IMG/VR virus record: IMGVR_UViG_3300045988_124583
Coordinates: 1 to 43,521 of that record
Source: a virus
Strand: one strand, 5' to 3'
DNA length: 43,521 nucleotides
Shown: piece after piece, positions 16,878-24,373 of the stretch
Position numbering within the stretch: position 1 is the first letter of the stretch
Layout: each line of letters opens with the position of its first letter
Position numbers and translations under genes: made by a program
Notes under the pieces: model-generated
Databases searched by the model: none
The model's input: the letters and a program-made list of their open reading frames with translations, nothing else
Told to the model about the DNA's origin: nothing

Positions 16878-17297
16878 ATGTGGCTTGATAAATTAAGAGA
16901 ATTGAGAAAAAAGTCGGGAAAGACAAATAAGTACCTTGCGGAACAAATGCACAGGTCAGAACGTACCATTGGACGTTTCTTTTCGGGAGAAGCGGACCTC
17001 GGTATTGACGAGCTGCAAAAGATGGTTGACCTCATGGGCGGCAAGCTCGAGGACATTCTTGACGAATCTGACTTCAAGCTGCCCACTCCCGAGGTCGAAA
17101 CACTCAAAAAGGAAATCGCTTCTCTTATAACGACTATTGAAGAAATGACGGCAAAAGAAACGCTGCTCAACGCAGAAATTGCCGCAAAGGAGAAACAAAT
17201 TGTCAGACTTACCGCAGAAAATGACATTCTGCGCATAAAGCTTGAATATGAGCAGAAGATCGCCAATCTGCACGATTATTACAATAAGCTGAAATAA
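16878..17297 (+). CDS. Second HTH (XRE-like) protein with a C-terminal coiled coil (139 aa)
   Basis: I place the start at ATG 16878 (AAGGAAGGA SD). Translation starts MWLDKLRELRKKSGKTNKYLAEQMHRSERTIGRFFSG and continues with a heptad-like helical tail. Confidence 0.65.
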   Translation: MWLDKLRELRKKSGKTNKYLAEQMHRSERTIGRFFSGEADLGIDELQKMVDLMGGKLEDILDESDFKLPTPEVETLKKEIASLITTIEEMTAKETLLNAEIAAKEKQIVRLTAENDILRIKLEYEQKIANLHDYYNKLK

Positions 17298-17328
17298 GGG
17301 AAGCGGAACGATTTGCGAGGTACATAAC

Positions 17329-17526
17329 ATGGGAATTGGAGAAGTGCTTTTCAAAGTGTTGGTGGTGGTGTTTGGCACGATCGGCGCATTTAACTTAGGA
17401 CTGGGTTGCATTCTTACGATAGAAAAAATATCAAAAAAATTACAGCCTAAGTGGATATACATATATATTATCTCTACCTCTTTAGGAATTGTGGCATTGC
17501 TTATTATATCGAAACAATTTTCATAG
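17329..17526 (+). CDS. Small two-TM membrane protein (65 aa) in the lysogeny module
   Basis: Two hydrophobic segments (VLVVVFGTIGAFNLGLGCIL and IYIYIISTSLGIVALLII). GAGGT SD. Confidence 0.55.
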   Translation: MGIGEVLFKVLVVVFGTIGAFNLGLGCILTIEKISKKLQPKWIYIYIISTSLGIVALLIISKQFS

Positions 17527-17539
17527 AAAGGAGCACCAA

Positions 17540-19042
17540 ATGGAATATCATAAATTATATGAAGAATCCGAGTTGTTATTAAAAATCGGCGCGGCGTATA
17601 TCCGTGTATCGGACGAACGCCAGGACGAATACAGCCCGGACAGCCAGTTAAAGAAGATCAGGGAACACGCAGCCAAAGACGGAGTTGTGATCCCCGACGA
17701 GTACGTGTTCTACGATGATGGTATATCGGGCAGAAACGTCAAAAAGAGAAACGATTTTAACAGAATGATCGCTATGGCAAAAGAGAAGGACCACCCTTTC
17801 GAAGTGATCTACGTTTGGAAATTCTCTCGTTTTGCCCGCAACCAAGAGCAAGCAATATTATTTAAGAACCTGTTGCGCAAGAACGGCGTTTCCGTTGTTT
17901 CGGTGTCCGAGACGATCCCCGATGGACCTTTCGGAACGCTGATCGAGCGTATTATCGAGTGGATGGACGAATTTTATTCCATCAACCTCGGCGCGGAAGT
18001 ACAAAGAGGCTTTGCGGAGAAAGTATCGCGAGGCGAGCCCGTTGTCCCGCCACCGTTCGGCTATGTCATGATAGATAAGAAATACTATCCCGACGAGGAA
18101 AGCGGAGCTGCTGACGTCGTTCGCGAGGTGTTCACCCTGTATGCCAACGGCGCAGGACTGAGAGAGATCGCCGTCATGCTCGGAGAACGAGGCGTACGCA
18201 CCAAGTACGGTAATGTGCCCGATAATCGGTGGATCGAATATATGCTTCGTAACCCCTGCTACATCGGCATGATCCGTTTGAGCCTCGACGGAGTAAGAGC
18301 CGTGAGCAAACGTGACTACGATAATGAAAACATCATGACCGTTCCCGGACAACACGACCCGATCATATCTCAGGAGCTGTGGGATAAGGTGCAAAATAGG
18401 CTCGATGAAACAAAAAAGGCGTACCCAAAGCACGCAAGGAAAGAGCAGCCCGTGCAGTATCTGCTCAAGGGACTCGTAAGGTGCAGCTCCTGCGGAGGAA
18501 CTATTGCCATGGCTTCTACCGTAAGCGGAAAATCCAAGGTTCGCACCATGCAATGCTGTAACTATTCAAGAGGCTCATGCCATACCTCGCACTCCATCAC
18601 AATGCCGAAGATCGAGGCAGCATTTATGGAGGCACTTCGAGAAATAGTAGAAACAAAGCAGTTTACCATTATACACAATGCACCGAAAAAAACCGACACC
18701 GCCGCAGTCGATTATGACAAGCTGATCGCCTTAGAGGAACGCCGCCTTGACCGCGCAAGAGAAGCATACCTTGCCGAGATCGACACCATTGATCAATACA
18801 GCCAAAATAAAAAAGAGATCACCGCAAGGATAGATGATCTCAAAGCACGAAAATCCAAAGATGCCACCGCCACAGAGGTTGACGTGGAAGTGTTCGCAAA
18901 GAAAGTCATGTCCGTAATGGAGCTGCTTGAACAAGAAGACGTTTCCGCAGCAGCAAAGAACGAGGCACTTCATACCGTTATCGAGAAAGTCGTTTTTGAA
19001 AAAGCCAAGAACAATTTGGCTATTTATTTTCACGATATTTAA
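17540..19042 (+). CDS. int: Large serine recombinase (integrase)
   Basis: 500 aa from ATG 17540 (AAAGGAG SD). Resolvase-type catalytic segment AAYIRVSDERQ, a recombinase domain, a Cys cluster (CSSCGG...CCNYSRGSC) and a C-terminal coiled coil. Confidence 0.9.
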   Translation: MEYHKLYEESELLLKIGAAYIRVSDERQDEYSPDSQLKKIREHAAKDGVVIPDEYVFYDDGISGRNVKKRNDFNRMIAMAKEKDHPFEVIYVWKFSRFARNQEQAILFKNLLRKNGVSVVSVSETIPDGPFGTLIERIIEWMDEFYSINLGAEVQRGFAEKVSRGEPVVPPPFGYVMIDKKYYPDEESGAADVVREVFTLYANGAGLREIAVMLGERGVRTKYGNVPDNRWIEYMLRNPCYIGMIRLSLDGVRAVSKRDYDNENIMTVPGQHDPIISQELWDKVQNRLDETKKAYPKHARKEQPVQYLLKGLVRCSSCGGTIAMASTVSGKSKVRTMQCCNYSRGSCHTSHSITMPKIEAAFMEALREIVETKQFTIIHNAPKKTDTAAVDYDKLIALEERRLDRAREAYLAEIDTIDQYSQNKKEITARIDDLKARKSKDATATEVDVEVFAKKVMSVMELLEQEDVSAAAKNEALHTVIEKVVFEKAKNNLAIYFHDI

Positions 19043-19090
19043 TCATCATAAGTTGCATTTAGGTGGGACTGATTGCATTTTATGATAATT
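19041..19090. other. Candidate attP core
   Basis: 50-bp AT-rich segment immediately 3' of int. Imperfect inverted arms AATCATCATAAG (19041-19052) and TTTATGATAATT (19079-19090) flank it, with an internal direct repeat TTGCATTT. This is a hypothesis only. Confidence 0.3.
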
Positions 19091-19110
19091 ATTCAAACAC
19101 CAGTAAAATA

Positions 19111-19140
19111 GCACCCCCACGAGCTGTGAGGGTGCCTTTT
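19111..19140. terminator. Bidirectional intrinsic terminator between int (+) and the endolysin gene (-)
   Basis: Stem GCACCCCCAC / GTGAGGGTGC (one mismatch) with loop GAGCT. It is followed by CTTTTT on the plus strand and preceded by AAAATA. Confidence 0.7.
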
Positions 19141-19808
19141 TATGCCTTCACCACGATAGCGTCATATCCCGCTGCCAGCAGTCCCCTCTGCATGGCCTCG
19201 GCGTTTTCCTTAACGGAATAAGCGCCAACCTGCACGCGATATGTAGCGCCCGTGGCTGCCGGGAATTGCACGCCCAGCGTGTTCATGATACCTTTTGCGA
19301 TCGCTTGGCCCATGGCTTTCTTGCCGCGCTCTGAGGTTAAAATATGGAGGTCAGAGGCGTTGTCAATAAAAGCGCATTCAACGATCACAGCGGGACAGGG
19401 CGTCTCCCGGATAAATCCGTAATAGTCCTTGCCGTTGTTATTCTGACGTATCTTAGCACCTCTTGAATTCTGTCCCATGCTCACGATCTCTGCGAGAATG
19501 TTATTGGCGAGGATCTTTCCGATGCCGCCACCGTGATGGTAGTACACCTCCGCACCGTCGCCGCCGCCCGCATTGTTGTGAATGTCCACGGCAAGATCGG
19601 GCGCAAATGCGATGCACTCTCTGATCTCGTCACTTACGGTATCGTTATCGTCCTTTGTGCGGCTCATTCTGACCGTGATGCCGTGCGCTTCAAGCAGCTC
19701 CCTGCAAGCGAGCGCGATAGATAAATTCAAGTCTTTTTCTTTCGTGTTGTCTGATACTGCGCCGGGGTCACTTCCACCGTGCCCAACGCCGATGAATACT
19801 TTTGGCAA
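19140..19808 (-). CDS. Endolysin: N-acetylmuramoyl-L-alanine amidase (Amidase_3 type) with a C-terminal SPOR-like domain
   Basis: 222 aa. TTG start with a GGGGGA SD. N-terminus is MPKVFIGVGHGGSDPGAV, with ...DIHNNAGGG... and ...VECAFIDN... further on. C-terminus is ATYRVQVGAYSVKENAEAMQRGLLAAGYDAIVVKA. Confidence 0.85.
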   Translation of the reverse strand: MPKVFIGVGHGGSDPGAVSDNTKEKDLNLSIALACRELLEAHGITVRMSRTKDDNDTVSDEIRECIAFAPDLAVDIHNNAGGGDGAEVYYHHGGGIGKILANNILAEIVSMGQNSRGAKIRQNNNGKDYYGFIRETPCPAVIVECAFIDNASDLHILTSERGKKAMGQAIAKGIMNTLGVQFPAATGATYRVQVGAYSVKENAEAMQRGLLAAGYDAIVVKA

Positions 19809-19819
19809 TAGAATTCCCC

Positions 19820-20083
19820 CTATTCCTTTTTCTTAGGCTCTACGTATGTCATTGCCTGCTTGCTATCAGAAATGCCTTCGGTAGTCGGGTCTGTCACAAT
19901 GCCGAGAACGGCAAGCACAACGAACACCGCGTCTACCACCGCGAGGATCACGTTGCCAACCTCTCCGAGATCGATCTCCACGCCGAACAATGCAAGGATC
20001 GGCTGAATGATCAGAAGAATGGCGGGAATGATGGTGATCCAAAAGTTTTTGTTTTTGAGTCGGACTTTCCAGTTGATGTTCAT
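19820..20083 (-). CDS. Holin
   Basis: 87 aa. MNINWKVRLKNKNFWITIIPAILLIIQPILALFG... with two TM segments and a charged C-tail. It lies directly upstream of the endolysin. Confidence 0.8.
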   Translation of the reverse strand: MNINWKVRLKNKNFWITIIPAILLIIQPILALFGVEIDLGEVGNVILAVVDAVFVVLAVLGIVTDPTTEGISDSKQAMTYVEPKKKE

Positions 20084-20100
20084 AATCTTTCCTCCTTTGA

Positions 20101-20406
20101 TTATCTTTTATCGGGTTCATGATATTTCGACAAAGCATCAATGCGTTTGTGGGCATTCTTGGTGGACTCTTCATTTCGGGTAATTCGCTCGTCGAGACTT
20201 TTCAAGTCGCCTCTGATATCACGGTTATCTCGTTTCAGATCATCGACCCCGGCTTTGATGTAACCAAGCTCTGTGAGAACGACACCGCCCTCTTTACCCG
20301 CGTTTTTATCGTCAGCAGAACGATTGCGACTTAATGCGATAATCGTGCAGATTAAGCTAACAATTCCTACCACCATGCCCGATATTCCGAAAATCCAATC
20401 GTTCAT
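20101..20406 (-). CDS. N-terminally membrane-anchored coiled-coil protein in the lysis cassette
   Basis: 101 aa. TM segment IFGISGMVVGIVSLICTIIAL followed by a charged helical region. Function unknown (XhlA-like is only a guess). Confidence 0.55.
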   Translation of the reverse strand: MNDWIFGISGMVVGIVSLICTIIALSRNRSADDKNAGKEGGVVLTELGYIKAGVDDLKRDNRDIRGDLKSLDERITRNEESTKNAHKRIDALSKYHEPDKR

Positions 20407-20418
20407 GTCTTGTTCCTC

Positions 20419-20706
20419 CTAAAAACTGTTCGTAATGAAAACCAAAGCCAAATGATACAAGGCAATGGCAGAGTATACTACGAGCAGCACCCACGCTGCC
20501 CACGCCGTCCTCGGCTTCTTGTTGATGCAAATACCCACCAAAGCCATCAAAGCACCTACACCGTAAATTTTGACCGCCCACGCGATATCGTTTTCAAAGT
20601 ACCACCGCATGAGTGGGATTGCCTCTATTTCAACACCGTAGAGGCTCACCCAGTATGCGGTTATAGCGTAGTCAAGTAGGTTTAGAATGTAGGCTATGAG
20701 TATCAC
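20419..20706 (-). CDS. Small polytopic membrane protein (DUF5658-like)
   Basis: 95 aa. N-terminal LNLLDYAIT...G.E.E.IPLM pattern and three hydrophobic segments. Family name is from memory. Confidence 0.55.
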   Translation of the reverse strand: MILIAYILNLLDYAITAYWVSLYGVEIEAIPLMRWYFENDIAWAVKIYGVGALMALVGICINKKPRTAWAAWVLLVVYSAIALYHLALVFITNSF

Positions 20707-21200
20707 GAAAGATACTCCTCCTGCTTCACGGATTGGCCGCCTACACGCAAGTAAACGTCTTGCTTTTGACCTACTCCGTTTTTGATAAGGTAGAAGTCTT
20801 GCGGATTGGTTACGGGTACGGGGTCGCTTGCATATAGGTAGACCCCACCTTCGGCATTATTTGGGATATCATGATTAGTCCATACACCAACATTTAGACT
20901 ATTACTCCAAAGAAAAAAACCGATACTGGTCGAATTGTTCTCTCTTGAATTTACACTAATATCACCCCAAGAGTCACCGTCACGCGTTGCCATTAAAAAA
21001 GATACTTCCTCACCGACTTCATAATGCGCGTACAGACAAGGATTACTCTGTGAAGGTATCGTCCCATAATACATGGGTTTAGTCGTCATAAAAATGTCGT
21101 ATCTATTGTAATATCTTTCAATATGGACATATGGATACTTTGTTGTATCCCACTCTGGCAACGCAGGCAACTCTATACCGTTATACAGATAGTTAGCCAT
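20703..21200 (-). CDS. Hypothetical tail-fibre-region protein (165 aa)
   Basis: ORF with an AAGGTGGTG SD, last gene of the fibre-like cluster. Confidence 0.55.
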   Translation of the reverse strand: MANYLYNGIELPALPEWDTTKYPYVHIERYYNRYDIFMTTKPMYYGTIPSQSNPCLYAHYEVGEEVSFLMATRDGDSWGDISVNSRENNSTSIGFFLWSNSLNVGVWTNHDIPNNAEGGVYLYASDPVPVTNPQDFYLIKNGVGQKQDVYLRVGGQSVKQEEYLS

Positions 21201-21218
21201 TTATATCACCACCTTAAA

Positions 21219-21701
21219 TCAACCAACCATCATAAGCGTGATTTGCTCGTCTTGAATGAGTAACACCATATTCATAATGTTGCCGCCATAAAAACTTGAA
21301 ATCATTTGATATACTCCATCACCATGAAAAACGGGAGGAGTAAATTCAAAATTTCCGACACCTTCCAAAGCAGCAATGAATCTAACCAATCCTTTATCAA
21401 GAGCGGCTTTTATATCTGTTGTGTCAACTTCTAAATTACTGGTTGCTCCAGCTGAAAAAGCGAGGACTGGCAAACCCATTGCAACAAGGTCAAATGTAGG
21501 AATTGTATCTCCCTCACTCGGCACAGATGCAAACGGAGGCGCAACGGGAGCGGGCTCGGGTTTCGCTTCCTCGTGCTGCTCAATGACCTCGGCAACATCG
21601 TCCGGGACCTCCACGGTCGCACCTGCGGGGTAGGTATATTTAATTCCGTTGACAATGACAACGAAAGGATTTGCACAAGTAGGAATAGTTACAGTTTTCA
21701 T
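21219..21701 (-). CDS. Hypothetical protein (160 aa)
   Basis: I place the start at ATG 21701 (GGAGG SD). Translation starts MKTVTIPTCANPFVVIVNGIKYTYPAG.... Confidence 0.55.
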   Translation of the reverse strand: MKTVTIPTCANPFVVIVNGIKYTYPAGATVEVPDDVAEVIEQHEEAKPEPAPVAPPFASVPSEGDTIPTFDLVAMGLPVLAFSAGATSNLEVDTTDIKAALDKGLVRFIAALEGVGNFEFTPPVFHGDGVYQMISSFYGGNIMNMVLLIQDEQITLMMVG

Positions 21702-21731
21702 GTATTTAACCTCCAAAATGATAATATAAGC

Positions 21732-22397
21732 TTATTCGCCAACGTAGGTGAGCCTAAACTCCCACTTACTCGTTTCTCCGTCATAGGCTATGACAGCCTT
21801 GGCGGACGTAAGACAATAGCCGCACTCAAAACAAGCGCCGCCGGTGTTGTTGCCGATCACGCTGAAAACCAAGCCATCATCGTTTTTCGCCTTAATCATC
21901 ACGGGCAATCCCGTGTCGGCTGCTGCGTCTATTGCCGCTTGATCAGCATCGTTCAAGGTGGTTGTCTTTGAAGGAGTGGAAGAGCTGCACATAGCAATCA
22001 CAGTTGTCAACTCCACAACGGGCAGGCTGAAACCGCTATCGTTGCCGCTGCTTTCACCGCTCTTACTCGGCACAAGTACAATCGTGCCATCGGGCAAATT
22101 GGCAGCGTTCATTTCCTCAACGCTGTTAAAGGTCACGATGTTCGGGCAGGTGCAGCTGTCGCCGCTGTCTGTGCCGCCGCCACCCGCATCATCTTCGGGG
22201 AACATTTTCGGGTCAATGCCGATTACCACCGTATCGCCACTAACTGCCACGTTTATACCTTGGACGCCCTTTATTTTCAAAGAGCCCTCTACGGCAAGTT
22301 CTCCCGTTTCAATGTCGTCGGTTTGTGTGGTTACTTCGAAACCAACGGTATCAACGCTATCTTCGTTTTCAAAAGGTGCACAGTTGAATACAGACAT
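21732..22397 (-). CDS. Hypothetical fibre-like protein (221 aa)
   Basis: ORF in the array. Gly/Ser/Thr-rich and looks beta-rich. Confidence 0.55.
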   Translation of the reverse strand: MSVFNCAPFENEDSVDTVGFEVTTQTDDIETGELAVEGSLKIKGVQGINVAVSGDTVVIGIDPKMFPEDDAGGGGTDSGDSCTCPNIVTFNSVEEMNAANLPDGTIVLVPSKSGESSGNDSGFSLPVVELTTVIAMCSSSTPSKTTTLNDADQAAIDAAADTGLPVMIKAKNDDGLVFSVIGNNTGGACFECGYCLTSAKAVIAYDGETSKWEFRLTYVGE

Positions 22398-22501
22398 TAC
22401 AAGTTCACCTCGCCATTCTCGCCGTTCAAATCAACGGTTGAAGGCGCGGTTTGGGGAATGTTGTGGCAAAAGGTGGTTAAGTTAGCCGGTTCAATACTCA
22501 T
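22397..22501 (-). CDS. Possible 34-aa protein (below the track cutoff)
   Basis: AAAGGAGAAACAAAA precedes ATG 22501. Translation is MSIEPANLTTFCHNIPQTAPSTVDLNGENGEVNL. TAATG overlap with the next gene. Confidence 0.4.
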   Translation of the reverse strand: MSIEPANLTTFCHNIPQTAPSTVDLNGENGEVNL

Positions 22502-22529
22502 TTTTGTTTCTCCTTTCGTTTGTAAGCGG

Positions 22530-23003
22530 TTAAGACATGGTGATCGTATAAACAATTCTGCCGACCTCGCCGGGCTGAATTGTCAAAGGTGTGCCAAGCG
22601 GCGTGCGGTCGATAAGGAAATAGGTGGTAGTATTGCCGGTTGCGACGATTTTTCTGAGACCGATTTCTCCGACGGTAATAGGAGCGGAGGAAATGTTTGT
22701 AATGTTCGCAACCACGACAGAGCTATGGCTGCCGTCGTCGTTATCCACCACGCTTCTTGTCACAGCAACGTTTATGCCGGAGGTTATGGCTTTTTTTAAG
22801 AAATAGGAGTCCCCCGTTTCCGCTGAGTTATCGCTGCCTAAAATGATTTCTCCTGTTTGGTGGGTCAACATCGGTAACAATGCTGCTTCGGATTGATATG
22901 CCAAAGTTGAAAAGTAGACTGTATCGCCACTTTCTCTGATCAACGATCCGAGTCTGCCTTGCATATGTTTTTCAAGAAAAGCGGTATAATAATTCAAAAG
23001 CAT
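22530..23003 (-). CDS. Hypothetical protein (157 aa)
   Basis: ORF in the array. Confidence 0.55.
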   Translation of the reverse strand: MLLNYYTAFLEKHMQGRLGSLIRESGDTVYFSTLAYQSEAALLPMLTHQTGEIILGSDNSAETGDSYFLKKAITSGINVAVTRSVVDNDDGSHSSVVVANITNISSAPITVGEIGLRKIVATGNTTTYFLIDRTPLGTPLTIQPGEVGRIVYTITMS

Positions 23004-23018
23004 CGCTTTTTCCTCCTT

Positions 23019-23393
23019 TTATTCCAACGCTTCGACCGTTGCCGTTACAGCATAAGAACGGACGATAGCGTTTTTGCCAAAATTCAAACGGGCTTGCACG
23101 GTAGGTGGATTGATGTTTGCAGCGGAGGCACGCACCAAGTATTTGTTGTTCTCGGGTGCTTCAACAGCTACCGTGATTTTTGAAAAGCCGGTGTACCCTT
23201 CGTCGGGCGTGAACACACCGTTTTCCTTTACGGTTTTCTCTTGGAGTTTAGGCATTCTGCATACGTGTATGCCGGTAATCGGCTCACCGTTTGCATCGTG
23301 AGAGGTGTAGCCCTCCAGTAGCACGTCGGGCATTACGGTGTCCTTGGAAGTGTCTACGCCCGGTTTCGGAGCAGTATTGTTAAAGATAGACAT
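23019..23393 (-). CDS. Hypothetical fibre-associated protein (124 aa)
   Basis: The N-terminal DTS-D...LEGYT..D..G..ITG motif resembles a motif I recall from tail-fibre-like proteins of Clostridial phages. Confidence 0.5.
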   Translation of the reverse strand: MSIFNNTAPKPGVDTSKDTVMPDVLLEGYTSHDANGEPITGIHVCRMPKLQEKTVKENGVFTPDEGYTGFSKITVAVEAPENNKYLVRASAANINPPTVQARLNFGKNAIVRSYAVTATVEALE

Positions 23394-23397
23394 ATGA

Positions 23398-24294
23398 TCA
23401 CCCCATTACAATAACGTTCACGCTGATGCTGATCGAGGGCTTGATTCCGTTCTGTGCTTCGTACACAATAAATCCGTCGCCCTGTCCGATCAGGCGCACC
23501 CAACAGCGAGCGGCTTCGCTTTCCATTTCCTTGATGGGAACAAAGGAAGAGAACACGTGGGTTTTCGCGGTATCCGACGTCACACCGGGGAAGGTGACTT
23601 TGTAATAGTATTTGCCGGGGGTGCTCGTACCGTCCCAACCGCTTGCGGAGAGGGTAATAGTCTTTGCACCGATGATGCTGCCACCACCCGTGCCACCCGT
23701 ACCGCCGCCACTCGTACCACCGCCAAACTCGCCGCTGTCCACACGGCTCATAAATTCCTCGTAATAGGACTGTCGCGCTTGTTCCGCAACAGCTCTGCTG
23801 TTCTCTGCGTCAACTCTTCCCGATTCTGCGTTGATTCTTGCGAGCTCGGCAGACTGCCTCGAAGCTTCTGCATCGATCATTGCGTCAATCGCGGAGCGGT
23901 TTTCGTCCGTGATGTTCAGACTGTCGTCGTTCACGACCCTTGCGCTCACGACCATAGTAAACCAAGCCGTGGAAACAACGCTTCCCGAAACGTGGCCGTA
24001 CAGCGTAAGCTCGCAGTCATGTATGCCCTCCACCACGGCGGTGTTTTCGTTCTGCATAAAATCATAGACGATTGTCGAATCGCTTTCGATAGGGCAGAAC
24101 GCCTGCAAATGAGTGCCCGTCGGTCTATGTATAGTCAGCATAGCAAGGCTGCCGTCGGGAATCTTGTACGGTACGCCACCGTCGGAAAGGTTTATAAGGA
24201 ATACTTTTCCCGTGTCGCCCACGGTAACAGGTATAGCAATCTGAGAATGCTGGACCTGCATATCAAGTGTAAATCTGTGTTTAGAATAAATCAT
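23398..24294 (-). CDS. Tail fibre / baseplate-upper-protein (BppU N-terminal)-like protein
   Basis: I place the start at ATG 24294 (GGGAGGA SD). The layout is an N-terminal beta-rich domain, a central coiled-coil-like AEASRQSAELARINAESGRVDAENSRAVAEQARQ, a Gly-rich linker, and a C-terminal domain. Confidence 0.5.
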   Translation of the reverse strand: MIYSKHRFTLDMQVQHSQIAIPVTVGDTGKVFLINLSDGGVPYKIPDGSLAMLTIHRPTGTHLQAFCPIESDSTIVYDFMQNENTAVVEGIHDCELTLYGHVSGSVVSTAWFTMVVSARVVNDDSLNITDENRSAIDAMIDAEASRQSAELARINAESGRVDAENSRAVAEQARQSYYEEFMSRVDSGEFGGGTSGGGTGGTGGGSIIGAKTITLSASGWDGTSTPGKYYYKVTFPGVTSDTAKTHVFSSFVPIKEMESEAARCWVRLIGQGDGFIVYEAQNGIKPSISISVNVIVMG

Positions 24295-24330
24295 TGCTTC
24301 CGTCCTCCCTTGGGTCATAAAAAGTATAAC

Positions 24331-24362
24331 ACAAAAAGGGGCAGGTTCTAAACCTACCCCCC
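24331..24362 (-). terminator. Intrinsic terminator after the giant gene
   Basis: Minus-strand RNA forms GGGGUAGGUU-UAG-AACCUGCCCC followed by UUUUUGUGUU. TGTTATACT (extended -10-like, 24323-24331 complement) follows it. Confidence 0.75.
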
Positions 24363-24373
24363 ATTGTAATTAT

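Noticed and set aside
16752-17539. Upstream extensions of the track ORFs 16752-17297 and 17489-19042
   Set aside because: The extensions lack SD sites and read as junk (MNVCSDSNYKTLSTCRQ..., MWHCLLYRNNFHRKEHQ). The internal ATGs at 16878 and 17540 have good SD sites and typical N-termini.
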